A stretch of 54,203 bases of DNA, filler included, from Sphacelaria rigidula (taxonomy: Eukaryota): the NCBI GenBank assembly GCA_964200075.2. It is 5 parts of 5 records of this genome, joined end to end, with 100 filler letters (N's around TTAATTAATTAA, not from the genome) between each part and the next. Parts side by side here need not be neighbours in the genome. Positions count along the whole stretch, not along the records: positions 10,864 to 21,625 come from CAXNAA020005961.1; positions 21,726 to 32,486 come from CAXNAA020005962.1; 3 more parts are not named here. One strand, given 5' to 3'. Position numbers and translations under genes: made by a program. Shown in pieces: positions 14,001-26,482 of the stretch (positions within the stretch are counted from its first letter, which is position 1; every line of letters begins with the position of its first letter). The notes below the pieces were generated by a model. It searched no databases. It saw only the letters and a program-made list of their open reading frames with translations, and had not been told where the DNA came from.

Positions 14001-15411
14001 GACACATCGCACTTTTTTGCTGGCCTGCCCAGGTAGGCAACTCGGGAAATAAAAAATAAAAAAGCGGGGTCCCAAAACTTCACCACACTGTAACCTGACC
14101 TAACGTAAGACGCTTGTTCACCCCTCTCCAGGTGTTGGATCCGTATCGATAGTGCCGCAGTGAGGGTGACTCAATTGAGCGCGTGCCGTCAATACTGTGA
14201 GCGTCTACGGTGACCCCTTGATCATCTTTTAAGCACACGGGAGGGAAAATGCCCGACTCGTGTCCTGAAAACAAGGCAAATACAGCGCGCGACCCGTGTG
14301 CTATTTTTTTTCTTACAACGCACGAAACAGGTACGAGCTTCCCACGCTTTCTCCGTTTAGAGAAACGGATGCACCAGGAAGAGGCCAGCATCAAGGATCT
14401 ACACCGGACATGCCGTACAGGAAGAATGGAGGTTGCCAAGACTATGAACGACACTGCCGAGTGAAATGAGTGCGTGTGAAAGATGAGAGGTTGGCACATA
14501 CATATGGATCATCGTGGGAGTTTTTTGGTCACAGGGAAGAAAGCGAGACCCTTCCTCTTCGCTTTGATCAACATAAAGAGCGCCTCATCACCCGTCACCT
14601 AAGTAACAGCTGGTGAACGCAGCTAACCTGATGTTGCCATGCCCGCCGGCGGAGCCAGAGTCTTCTCTGCAGCCTGCTGATCCATCAACTCTGCAGCCCT
14701 CCCCTCCTCCGTTGTACGGTATGCCTCAGACACAATAGCTACACTTGTACTTCTCCTTTGCTGCCCTAACCCAACTCCCCGATAATGCGATCGCCCAGAG
14801 GTGAGAGGCGTACTTTTTCGTGCTCGTGTGAAGGAAGAACAAAACGTGAGACTCGACAGTATCTGCTCGATCTGCTTGCGTGCTCTGTCCTCGAGTTGAG
14901 CAAGGAAGAGATAGAGCCGCAGCACCCTCGCAGCAGCAGCAGCAGCAGCAGTAGCAATACTGTACTGTAAAGCGTTGTTTCAGTCGCCGCCTTCAAAAGC
15001 TGCAGCCGGTTTTATCTCAATCACGTCCTATCCCCAGCTTAGCTCAACCGAGCGCGGTAGTCAAATCTATCAAGCAGCGAACCTTCTCTTTATTTTATTT
15101 TTTGGTTCCTGCCTAGATTGCAAGAGAAATCACAGATTTGTCCTGATGTACTTCACCATCATGACCCCGGTTAATAATAACGCCTTTTCTTGAGGGTGTC
15201 GACCGAGGCCATCGACTGCACTCGATGTAGGGCTTGTTTTGCCCGTTATATATCCTGGGGAAAGTAGTCCAGAGTCTTCCGCTGCCACTTCCACTTCGGA
15301 TCCAACTCGGTGCACAAGAGCATTGGGTACATCTACGGCAGGGAAGCTGGCGTGAAATCCCACAAGAAGGGGACGCAGGCAAGCACAACAAGCTTTGCAT
15401 GTCGTGGACAC
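11091..15411 (-). CDS. Multi-exon gene of unknown function with many short exons
   Basis: Phase-consistent exon chain: ~14890-14628, 14264-14100, 13963-13919, 13514-13443, 13267-13209, 13122-~13088 and an exon starting ~12942. It reads ...NTWRGVNKRLTLASTLTAFLDFITKYWLAKDADSARMTLILGTAMADATGAFRKITLCLHGVDALYCTATMLKKFEMPTSSQGKMLAR... Further candidate exons lie near 12250, 11800 and 11350. Both ends are uncertain and some acceptors are AAG. Confidence 0.55.
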
Positions 15412-15638
15412 GACACAACATTACAGTCGTGTAGAGTAAGAGTAGCACGTATAGATACCTAGATAGATTCGTCACGGTTTAATTGCGTTCTTGATTTGAG
15501 AGAGACCAAGCAACCCCCGTGTCCCGCTCTCCGTCGCGGACAGATCGTAGCTTCGGCGACCAAGAAAGCCCAAGAGCGCTCAACGCAGCAGCACTCTACC
15601 GGTCTCTTCTTGAAGGAAGTAAATCGGCACAAGCGATC

Positions 15639-15944
15639 ATGGGCGTGCCAGATGATGCAGCTTACGAGAGCTACCAAAACGAGTCGGAAACAGCAACGCT
15701 ACTGAGAGGCTCTCCCCCGAGCTCTCCTTCACATGGTCGGCGGCACGGCACCGCCTCGACCAGAGCTGCACCTGGAGGCGCGGGTGGGGCGGGAAAGGAG
15801 GATGTAGAGGATGTACGTAAGGTGTACAGGAGGGCCCTCGGTACGGGTTATATGCTTGCCATGGGCGTGTGCGGGATCGTGCTGGTGGCCTTGGGATCCA
15901 CACTGGATGATCTGGCTGAGAACTGCGGGACGACGTCGATTGCG
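15639..15944 (+). CDS. First coding exon of a major facilitator superfamily transporter (MFSD4/FucP-like N-terminus)
   Basis: ATG at 15639 and donor GCG|gtgagt at 15944/45 give 102 codons. TM1 and the following motif GYMLAMGVCGIVLVALGSTLDDLAEN resemble the MFSD4/FucP 'LGPTL.DL' pattern. Later exons were not found in this contig. Confidence 0.7.
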
Positions 15945-18050
15945 GTGAGTTGGTTGTTGGTGTCTGTGCTAGTGCCTCTGTATCGGCGGGCTTCACGGGT
16001 TGGGAACATGTGAAACATTCGGATAAAAACGCGACTGGTCTAATTGTGTTCGTGCTTCCGTTTGTACTGAGCACTGTGAAAGGTCGCTCCCGGTACCCAC
16101 ACTACGCGAGAGTGTGTGTGTAAATGTTTGCAAGGCCGCGCCGGGAGGGCGAGCATCGATGGCTCTGTTGAGGGGCACGGAATAAAGTGTCTTTCTCGTC
16201 GCCGTCGTGGGTTCATGGGCGTTCTCCCCCCACGTGCGATCAAAACCACAACCTGTATTTTGTGAACATTGTTGTCTCTTGACCTCGACTAACTGCTGTC
16301 TGTACACTATCCGATCATTTTCTGTACGATGTAATACTGTCCGTGGTGTAAAAATCACCGCCGAGTGCGCAAGTTCACGAAAAATCGCCGGACGGGAACA
16401 CTTGTAAACAGGGCTGCGGGCAGGGACCTATCACTAAGCAGTGGAAACAACATTAGCTCACCGCGCATCTTTCCAGCAGACACACTGCTTTGACTTGGGT
16501 GCATCACCGTATACAAGATGGGTATACAAAATTCATCCATCAGACGGGAAACATTAAGTAGTGCCTTGGTGCATTCGGTGGAGGATGCCCCGGCACTGCA
16601 CTACAAATACCCAACTACAACTCAAGTTAACCCTTCGCCCGTCGAAGATGTTCACGTTACTCGGCCACCTCTAGTTGTTTGTACCGTCATAACTAGTATG
16701 CAATCTACACGTCCAACAGGAATCCAACAAGGTACGAAAAACCGCGGTTCTCTTGAACGTGACCGCTTAAATAACTTCACACACAGTATGAGGAGGAGTG
16801 CTGTACTGTTCTGTACGTACTGGATTTACTGAATCAACGGTTACGCACTTCTCTGTTTTCCAAGACAAATCAGTGGCAGGATAAAGAACCCACCGATTCA
16901 ACCCCCACACTACAGCAGTAGCAGTCTACACCGACTGATACGCCCCGATACATCTATTCTCTTATTCACCGCAGAAAATACTAGGACCGTGCTGAAATGA
17001 ACAGTGCGACACGTCAGTACAGCCTCTTCCAACGCGCTGGGTAACGTAATTTTTTTTGTCTAACGTTGGACTCAAGACACATTGTCAGGGAGGAAACCCA
17101 ATGTAATGCAGTCTCGACGGGTATTTTTGCTTTGATCTTACGATGGCCACTAGCACTTTGATATTACCCGGCCTTCCACCTACTCCTTTTCGCCACAACT
17201 GTGATGCGGGGTGAGCACACTCGCCGTAAAACCCCACACCTTGAACATGATCGATTTGGTGACACGCCGTAGTTCCTTGACGAACTCGGAGCACCGCACT
17301 ACTGGTGATTGATCAAATAAGTGCTACCATATTGTAGTCTTGTGCACTGCACTATCTGTTGCACCTTTGGATTGCACCGCAAGCACTGAAAGTTGCATAT
17401 CCTGCCTTGACGTCAAGGGGGTACAAGAAATACCATATTCGACTCTCGGGGGTTGATGGACGACGGCAGGGGTGTTCACCATCAGTTTGTGCATCTCGGT
17501 TCTTTACTGTTCCACTTTCATGATGCAAATGCACAGAGGGATTCGAGTATGTAGCGCCACCCAGATGCCCGGATTGGACGTTACCGGCTGAAGAATGTCC
17601 ATCCTCTCATAACCTCATATACACTTCACTGCGCTACAACCGTACACGTACTTATCACCTACCGTGCCGACCATTAATCGAGTGAAGTGATTGATTTCGC
17701 CAATGAACGCCTTCGGCGGAACTTCCTTGCGTAACCCGTCATGATATTGAACGTTCATGTCATGTCTGAGGACCACCACGCGCTGTGAACATCGGTGTTC
17801 GTTGTCTCCCGCGTTCAAGTGGCATCGAGAGAGCCGAGGCAACTGGCGTGACTGCGAACGTTTTTTCATCAAGTTCATGGATCCAAGCGCATCGTGCCAT
17901 TCCAACAGATGACTATTGTATTGCCTGTCAGCTGTCCCAGTGTCTCGAGTGACTGTCCTGGAGCTGTTGCCCTCAACAAGAGTAATTGAGGTTGTATTTT
18001 TGTCTGCAGATCTGTGGGACGGTCCAAGCTTCTCCTGCTCGATCAGAGCA

Positions 18051-19262
18051 AGGTTGTGTTTTGTAGGGTACGTTTTTCTGTATATCCAGGTGTTTACTCT
18101 CACCGTACACGACAGTTTAGTGACTCCTTTAAGACTTTCACACCGGTACGAAAGGGTGTTAGCACATACGTGCTGCCTGTACATCATGTCAAATTTTATC
18201 GAGAACGACAAAATTTTGAGCTCGGGAATTTTGCTACAGCTCGTGCGGCACTACACGGCACAAATCTGTCTGTAACCAAAAATCCAATCTCGGGGGTTTG
18301 CAATGACTAGTTCCGCCGCACATGGTACCCTCAACTCTCTACACTTTCGCACTTGACTACAGTTGGGTATTTCGCTTGATGATACCTTGTTGGATGACAG
18401 TGCTACATGGATTTAAAGATGCACGCTGATTTGCCGATTACCACGATGTGTCGTAGTAGGCGCAACTCGCGATACGTCGTCAGTTAAAACGGGCGAAAGG
18501 GAAGTTAGCTTCTTGAGCGGGCCAGCATGTGAGATACCCGGTTGCGGGTACGGTTTTCTGCCCAACCCCCAAAGCTTGCCCGATAGTTATCGTGAGTTTT
18601 GTAAGCCTCAAGCCTCCCATACCCTCACCTAACAGTTCTGTAGATTCTGTACATATTGTTTACCCGTACCCGGAGCGCGGTATGCTCTTTAAAAAAATAA
18701 ATACGTGGAAGCCGGTTCGTACGGTTTTCCTGTAAGCCTCTCAATCGTATCCGACTAGTTCTGTAATACTTGTACGACTTCCACATCGATACCCGGCAGT
18801 GTGTGTGTTGTCGTCCCATTTATTCTGGGCGCCAGTTTGCCTTTTTCGGGATATGTGGGTGCACCAGCCGGGGTCACACAGGAGAAAGGCCAACACAGGA
18901 GCTTTTCCTTTTTTATTTGTTTTTAGTACCCCACCTCCTTTTGCGGCGCTTGCCTTTCTTTTTATTGCGAGAGGGGTTCAGCAGTCCCTTTCCCTCGTCG
19001 ACCGTTTGGTCTAGTTTTGTGTACCCACGACAAGATCGCTCTCCACTGTTGAGCATGTCGTGAGGAAAAAATCCTAGATCGCTGCAGGAATCGAACCTCA
19101 CAACCCAACCATCAGAAGGTTATGAGGTTATCAACTGAGCCACTGGGGCGACCGGCCAACAGTATTGTGATTTATGTGGGACTGTGATACCGGTACTCGA
19201 TGTTTTTGTAGGTTTTGTGAGGAATCTCATACCCTACACAACATACCCGTACTCTACCCAGT
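18051..19262 (-). repeat. Fragmented copy of a dispersed foldback/MITE-like repeat rich in ACAGAAC/GGGTAC motifs, interrupted by insertions
   Basis: 18051-18150 and 18530-18795 are reverse-complement matches to parts of 34800-35052 (tgagatacccggttgcgggtacggttttctg vs cagaaaaccgtacccacaaccgggtatctca). 19185-19262 matches the other end, 34603-34660. Confidence 0.7.
18799..19154 (-). mobile_element. tRNA-derived SINE, apparently full length
   Basis: Minus-strand head gtcgccccagtggctcagttga...ggttcgattcc has Pol III A and B boxes. It is followed by a non-tRNA body and a (CA)n tail. A second head copy is at 21557. Confidence 0.85.
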
Positions 19263-19821
19263 ATGGAGTACGTTTCAGGCATTTTGAAGGCGTTGTGTTG
19301 ACTCGACATGTTCACTCCTGACGAAGAATACGCCACACCCTGGACGAAAGATTATACTGCCAAAAAATATACTGCGCACAGTATCGACCATTGTGACTAT
19401 TGCAATAGGCGATAGATCCCATACTGTACGCAGCACATTTTTTTGACAATATAATCTCTTCTCCAAGGTGTGGAACATGTACAACACTGGTGAGTAGTAC
19501 GACGAAATTCACATATAACATGTACGTGTTTGTTGCACAAGGGTGGTGTGGGTTGGGGTGGCGAAAATGTAGTTTTGTGTGTGTGAGACCGAGGTGAAAA
19601 TCTTGATCAGGCGTAAAAAATCGGACCTGATATGATACGTCGATATGTCTACAAATTTGGGCCAACTCTGATGAGAGTGCTTCAAAATCCTGGAAACTGC
19701 CTTTTGGAACCTTCTCCTTCAACTCGTTGAGATCGTTCCAGAGCGCCTCTGTGTTTCCCGTCGATCAGTTTCGCTCTGCCCAAACTTGCATTTTTAACAA
19801 CAAATGGTAGTCACGAAAAAA

Positions 19822-20452
19822 CCCTTTTGGGACTGATTTTCAGGGACAAAAGGTTCACCATTTGTTCGTAAAATAATGAAAACTCCGGGAGCGACCTGTC
19901 CAATCATGGCGAGACGAAATTATCGACCACATCCGAAATACGGGTGGGCGATGCCAGGAGAGGAGTTGGAGCTCTTTCTTTTCACGTCGGTATAACTGCT
20001 TTTGTGGAAGTTGAGATGGTGTAATAGTGCCTAGAAGACGAGAATGTATGGTGAAAAATGCTTCATTTGATAATTTGCACTGTTGGTGCCGGTGAACGGA
20101 GCCTAAGTTTGGGCACAATACATTGCGAAAACGGACCGACCAACCAGCGTCAGTTGAATGCTGGAGGAGTGGAACCCGAATGAGTCAATCCGTAACAATC
20201 TTCTGTACACCCGTGACTCCAGGTGACCGCGCTCATACAAACTGTATGTACTACTACTACAGTACACTCTCTACGAAGAAGAACTGTCACTGACGCTGCT
20301 CCACACCTGTACACAAGGTGTCAACAGCAGGAGGACAGAGGCTGCTGCTCGTGTTGTTGTGTCTCTCATGTTGCAGTGTCTAGCTGTGCCTATCCTATAA
20401 ATCGTTTCAAGATGGTCAACCCCGTGTCAGTGGGGGGTCGGTCCCGAAAAGG
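19822..20452. mobile_element. Putative non-autonomous DNA element with CCCTTTTGGGAC-type termini
   Basis: Left end cccttttgggac and right end cagtggggggtcggtcccgaaaagg|ttga match the termini of the element at 53595-53760. Confidence 0.4.
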
Positions 20453-21390
20453 TTGATACCATCTTGTATGGCTCGATCTGTACAAATGTAAAGATTCTAG
20501 TCCGTCTACAGGCGTTTTTCTCCCGTGTATTGATTTTTTGGACCTCAGTCTGTTTGTTGATGTGTTTCGGCTAGCTGTGGGCAAACCACATCAATTGAAA
20601 GAAATCGGGGGAGATTTAGGGGTCTCCCGATTCGAGCAAAAAGTTGGTATACCAGAAACCTGTGCCACAAAACAGACCGAAGATCGCACCGAAACCGAAG
20701 TGAAGAAGAGAAGACGCGGCAGGTTGCGTGCAAAAAATATCTTCTGCTCCCACCGTTGTGTCTCTTCATCCCCTCCATCCTACTTGACTACAAACCTATG
20801 AAGTCATCTCTGGAAAAACTCATTCTTAATGTCCAAAATGCACCCAATAGCTGGTTTTTCCTTTTGTCTGGTACATCTGAAAAAAAATTCTTGTCGTTGA
20901 ATCTACCCCTCAACATATTCTTGCAGCTCAGGCTGTGTCTTATCAAGATGTTTTCAACTCGACAACGTACAGTGGAATATAATCTGCCCTTACGTGGTAC
21001 GTCCACGGCATCCATGTTTTCAACCATCTGAAAAAATGAAGAGCGAGGTCGAATCAAAAACGAGGGAATTCGATTCGACCGCACATTTTCGACACGAAAA
21101 CAGTTGGGTAAGACATGGCCTCAGACCATCCGATCCGGAATACAAGTTGTTGTTGACAAATGATTCAGCCTGAAACGGAAACGCCCACTTGCGACCAAAA
21201 CTATGGATATGACTTGAAGTATTTTCTAACACCACAGACGGTACAATCCCTTTACCAAGGACAATCACTATTTTATCGTGTTTTCCCCCACGTTTACAGG
21301 CTGGTCCGCCCAAGACACCACCAGGAATGTTGAAATGCATTTTCTTCGCTCAATTTACGATCGTTTTCGATGAAATTTTGACACGATGTA

Positions 21391-21552
21391 CAGGACGCAT
21401 GTGCAAACAGCTGACCTTCCATCCCCTGATTTTTTCTTCGTGAGTTATTGGCAATTTTGTCTCGAAAAAATTGTTCTGAAATGTTATTTCGCCAATACCT
21501 TACGAAGAAAAAAACAGGGGATGAAAGATCAGCTGTTCGCACATACGTCCTG
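21391..21552. mobile_element. MITE with TA target duplication (Tc1/mariner-type)
   Basis: TA|CAGGACGCATGTGC...GCACATACGTCCTG|TA; ~60-bp imperfect terminal inverted repeats around a ~40-bp core. Confidence 0.75.
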
Positions 21553-21556
21553 TACA

Positions 21557-21625
21557 CGGTCGCCCCGGTGGCTCAGTTGGTAACCTCGTAACCTTCTGAT
21601 GGTTGAGGTGGGGGGTTCGATTCCA
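21557..21625 (+). mobile_element. tRNA-derived SINE head, truncated by the contig end
   Basis: cggtcgccccggtggctcagttggtaacctcgtaaccttctgatggtt...ggttcgattcc; close match to the head at 19085-19154. Confidence 0.85.
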
Positions 21626-21725
21626 NNNNNNNNNNNNNNNNNNNNNNNNNNNNNNNNNNNNNNNNNNNNTTAATTAATTAANNNNNNNNNNNNNNNNNNN
21701 NNNNNNNNNNNNNNNNNNNNNNNNN
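21626..21725. other. Artificial contig-joining spacer
   Basis: N run plus TTAATTAATTAA. Confidence 0.98.
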
Positions 21726-22242
21726 CTATCCTTCAAGATCTCTAGGAAGTCGACGTACTGCTTGGTGCTCCTTCTCGTAGGTCATGTGGTCGGTCATCGG
21801 TAAGGTGTTTATTTCATGAGTGCAGTAGGTTTCCGGGAGGGGGGGGGGGACTGGGTGGCAAAAACAATACAAATACCTCTAGAGTTGGTCCATAATGGTT
21901 TTTTCTTTGTAGATTGCTCTGCTCCGCATCGCGCTTTCATTGTTTGTTTCCTTCTCCTTTGTTAGGCTACTTTCATGTATAAAAGAATATAACTCATTGA
22001 AAAGTGTTTTTTTGATCCTTTTCCACCGCTTGGCTTCGAAAAGAGCACCCGCCGTATTTACGCCAGCGCTGGCCAAAAACCAGAACCTGCCAGCAGTCTA
22101 GAACCAGTCCCACATCGGAATTGTGCAGACCCACCGGTCCTACCAACACCATTTTCGAATCCGCCCGTGCACAACAGAGCCGGCACATCCTTTTTGAACC
22201 CACCCACCCGAAATAGAGCAGGCACATAGGGCATACCACAGA

Positions 22243-23065
22243 ACGCATACACACAACACAGCTCACACGCGCACATACACTGACAAACCACCACTACACT
22301 GACAAACCACCACTAGCTAGCCTCAAAAGCAACAGCAGCAGCAGTACTTTGTAAGGAAACTGCCATTGAACTTATCGCACACGCTTCACGCGCCTAGCAG
22401 GCGACTGAACCATCACGTACTCTTACGTGTTTGGATCAATTGTTGTGTGTTCGGATCAAATGTTTGTTTGTTTTTTGTTATTATTACCTTTTGTAGAGAA
22501 AGTACAGGCAACTGAAGTACGCACTCTTGTGTGTCAAGATCAACTGTTGTGTGCTTGGATCAATTGTTTTTAGTATTTAGTACAAAGAGTGCCGCGCAGC
22601 ATTGCTCCTAACCGCAGACAGTAAGTAGTAGTAGAGAGTACCGTGCGCATTACAGACAATACTGTGCGGGACGGTTGCATTTACTGCTCTGAAAGCCGTG
22701 CCGTGAGCACAAGTAACTTTTACCATCAGGACGACAGCAGATGGTTTGCTGATGTCGCCATCGAAAGGGTTTTCAAGACTGCTCTTATTGTCCCCGACCA
22801 CCAACACACCAACACAATGAATGCGGCGAAGGATAGAGAGAAAACGGCGAACACACCCGGGATATAAAATATATCTTCACTACAAACATTTGATGCGAAC
22901 ACACAACAATTGATCCAAACACACAAGAGTACGTGATGATTCAGTTGCCTGCTAGGAACGTGAAGCGTGTGCGATAAGTTCAGCGGTGGTCTCCGTACTG
23001 CAGTACTGCTGCTGCTGTTGCTTTTGCGTGTATGTGTGCGTGTGAGTTGTGTTGTGGGTGTGCGC
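22243..23065. repeat. Long imperfect inverted repeat (arms ~22243-22467 and ~22882-23065)
   Basis: For example aaaagcaacagcagcagcagtact / agtactgctgctgctgttgctttt and gaacttatcgcacacgcttcacg / cgtgaagcgtgtgcgataagttc. Confidence 0.9.
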
Positions 23066-23313
23066 GCTGCGGCATGTTCTACCTCGAGGGCGTGTTCTTC
23101 CGTAGTAGTACAGCAGCAGCAGCAGCAGTTGCAGGACACTATTAATCTTGCAACAAGAGAACGTGTTCAGGTTCTAAAAAACACTGCAAAACTGCTGTGT
23201 TGTCGTGTGTTCAGTGTAGTAATCTGTACTCCATATACCACTGCAGAATTGTGTTGTTTTCAGTGTAGTACCCTGTACTCCAGACAAGGTGGTCTGTGAC
23301 GGTTTATTAGGAG

Positions 23314-23371
23314 ACAACCAACTAGACTACTGATCAGTCAGCGCTGACTGGTCAGTAGTCTAGTTGGTTGT
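23314..23371. repeat. 58-bp near-perfect palindrome
   Basis: acaaccaactagactactgatcagtcagc|gctgactggtcagtagtctagttggttgt: 29-bp arms, no loop, one T-G mismatch. Confidence 0.95.
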
Positions 23372-23666
23372 TTCTTGAGCCATCACAAAAGTTAGTCGTG
23401 GGGGTTCAATCCCCCTCCCTTTCACTCCGAGGAGGGCGACTCCCCTTTCCAGCGCTCTATCGACTGCCATCAGGATCCCTAATGTTGTCAATCTCACCAT
23501 ACCCTAGAGTTACTCGTCTCCCCCACTCGTTCCCAGAGTGTGTGCACTGGGGTCCCTAGCAGTAAACTCCAAACATAGCCACCAGGCGATATCCCACCCC
23601 TTTTCTTTTGGGCCATTTTTTAGAGAGGTTTTCTCTCCTTGGGGCCAATTGTTTATCAGAGGTTTT

Positions 23667-23913
23667 GACACTTTTTACAATAGCCCCCCCCCAAAACCAG
23701 CTAAATTTGTCACGAAAAAAATGACCATACAGTGCCTGATGTTGGGGTTCAGGCTGCACGAAGTGCCTCATATTGGCAACATTGACTAGAACGAACCCAA
23801 CCGTGGGATTAATCAGCTTCTCGCTGTGCTCGGCTTTTCCCATTTCGATTTACATGAAGATTTTGCCTCCCAAAACCATGCACTTTTGGGGGGGGGCTAT
23901 CGTAGAAAGTGTC
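23667..23913 (-). mobile_element. MITE, family A, copy 1
   Basis: TIRs gacactttttacaatagccccc...gggggctatcgtagaaagtgtc. An inverted homologous copy is at 34228-34475. Confidence 0.85.
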
Positions 23914-26482
23914 AAACGCGAAGCGCCATGGTGTGTTCGGCGAGTCGTATGAAGGGTAAGCTATATCCTGCTAGTAGTTTTCGACCCGAAGTGTACTGAT
24001 TACCTTGCACTTGTATGATAGCCCCCATTGAGTCGCTATATTTTCTGGTATCACCACCTCCAGAGACAGCCACGGCTTACACACTGCCTCACGGGTGTCT
24101 CACCATGGGGGGGAGGGGGGAGGTACATACTGTAGATCTGCGGGGTTTTGTTTTCCGTGCACCATTGGGTCGAAGATCAAAATCACGTGCCTGAGGCCGA
24201 AACAAAAACCCTAGTGAGAGACCGTACGCTGATTCATGTGCTGTTCTTCATGAAAGAAAACCTCTCCATCCATCCACCCCCAAAGTCGCCATCTGGTCAA
24301 TGGTCAAATGACTAAGGCAAGCAACAAATGAGTACGCCCCTCCCCCCAAAGTCGCCATAACTACCCCCTCCGATCAAAGGGGTGGTCCAGTCCCAAAGCT
24401 TTCTCCGCCGCCCCTACCGCTCGTACATTTCTCGCGATTCAGAGAGTATGAGGATACTCCATGCTTACTTTTGTTTATCCTCTCCCTTTCCTCGTTCTTG
24501 CTACTTCTGCTGTTGCTGAGGTGAATCGATGATGCAAGGGTGGCGGAGGGCAATGATGTCGGCGGCGGGGGTGACAGTGCCATCGGTGGCGGTGATGGTG
24601 GTAGTTTCGACACCGATGATGGCGGCGTCTGTCGTCGGTAGTACGGTGATGGTTTTGCCGGCAGTGGGAAAGTCGGATGCCACAGTGCTAGTGATTTCTG
24701 AAGTTGCGGTAGTGGTGTTCGCTGTTGTGTCGATGGTGGCCGTGTCGATGGCGGCCGTGTTGCTGCTGATAGCCGCGGCAGCCATCGTAAGGGGGTCGGT
24801 AAAGTCGGTGAAGGCGTAGGTGGCAATGACGTTTGGGCTACCGTCCACCCGGTGCTGTTGTTGAACATTGTTGTTAGATAACTTGGTTTGATAGATTGCT
24901 CCGAACATGTTTTTTCCTTACTTGTAGTTGCGGCCGTCTTTCAGGCTCTCCGGCGAACGCTTAACATGTTGATTTTGTGGCAATCGTTGCCGAGTCTTCG
25001 TTTTCTCGTTAGCGGGTCGCCTCCTTCACTCCTTCGGCTGGCGAGCACACTCTTTCATGGGTTTAATTGACCTGCACTCTTTCGCGCTCGCCCTCAGTCT
25101 CGTCGTCGCCGTTGTCTCTATAACCTTCTTTCCTCCATGACTTTACTCCCCCTTGCTGTTTGTCATCATTTTCTCGCTCTCACGAACTCGTGTATATACG
25201 CTTGCTGTTTTGTCTCAGACCGCCCGTTTTTGAACGCATTCATGGGTTTTTGTACAGACTCTTGTTTGCTCACACTTGCAGTAACGACATCGACTTCGCT
25301 CACTCTCGTAGTAATGACGTTCATCCATTGCATACCTCACGCACGAGTCTTGTGCAAATCTTCAACGCTAGCGTGAGAGGATGCTCGGTGCGTGGTAGCG
25401 TCCGCGGGACAATGCGATCTGCAGAACAGACTCAGCGCATGACATGCACCTCTATAGAACTCGCGTCATCGCCGAATTGATACGCACATACACAACATGA
25501 TGTCAAGATGGACGAAAATAAATACTACAGTGCCCACGGTAGGGGCAACTACAACTGCCCCGGGAAATAAAATATACACGATACATATGGCATTAGACAC
25601 ATATCGTGGGCAGATGCCACGTGACACCTCCTGATTGGTCTAATCCTATATTCCCCCACAATTCTGCAGTGCCATTCTTCAACCCCAATGGTCACGGATG
25701 CCTTGGGACGCAACGCTCGCTAACGTTTGAGGTTTATTTCCCGATGTGAAGTCAAGGGACTTGTTTTGAGCATGGATCTGTGGTTTTGGCATTCGCTATC
25801 GCTCCGTGACTCCGAATGGTGCAAGTAGCGTGATCTGGTGTTCATGATGGATGATTTGTTTGGGATCCCTTACCGATTGTTTGAAAACTAGACAAGCTAT
25901 TTGATGCTTATGACGAAAATACGCTATTACGTTGAGTTGGCAGTGATGATATGGATAGTGATTGAGGGCAAGGGGATTCTTGAGGATTCTGGGAGGCTTC
26001 TGGATAATGACCGGGGACACGGGGTTTATACCTAGCGGGTCTAAAAGGGTGGTGCCTGGTAGGGTACTCCTGATAATGAGAATGTTGTAAAGGCTGACAA
26101 CTGAAACTGTGGCCAGTAAGACTGGGGAGTCCCTCAACAGCAGTGATCCACTAGTTCTTCTTCTGGCTGGCGTCACAATATCGATATTGGTATGAGTTCT
26201 AGAAATAGTACCTAGCAGAACCTGCTGGAAGGATTTCGGCGGAGAGTCTGGCGGCTGGGGACAACCTGAAGCATCACGGACGCATGGAGGGGGTTCCAGC
26301 TGATGGTAGCTTCAGAAAGGCGGCTGGCCTGTGATTGATCCTCACTGGAGACTTGCTGAAGCTGCGTGCAGCGGTAGTTTCGAGGCTCCTACGACTGTGT
26401 GATGCGGCGACGAAGCAAGGAAGTGTGCAATTCGCGAAGGTCCGCTGGCCTGCGAAAGGTTCGCAGGTAGTCAGCTGTAGCT

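Noticed and set aside
3717-15411. Joining the contig 2 minus-strand exons to the contig 1 coiled-coil gene as one long gene
   Set aside because: The join crosses the artificial spacer at 10764-10863.
17085-17900. Possible degenerate helicase or zinc-finger coding relic
   Set aside because: No diagnostic motif could be read with confidence in any frame.
19075-19154. tRNA gene (also 21557-21625)
   Set aside because: A and B boxes are present, but there is no proper cloverleaf, and the sequence continues into a repeat body with a CA tail, so it is a SINE head.
24374-24908. Thr/Ala-rich mucin-like ORFs
   Set aside because: Low-complexity trinucleotide-like sequence open in several frames on both strands, with no convincing splice or domain support.
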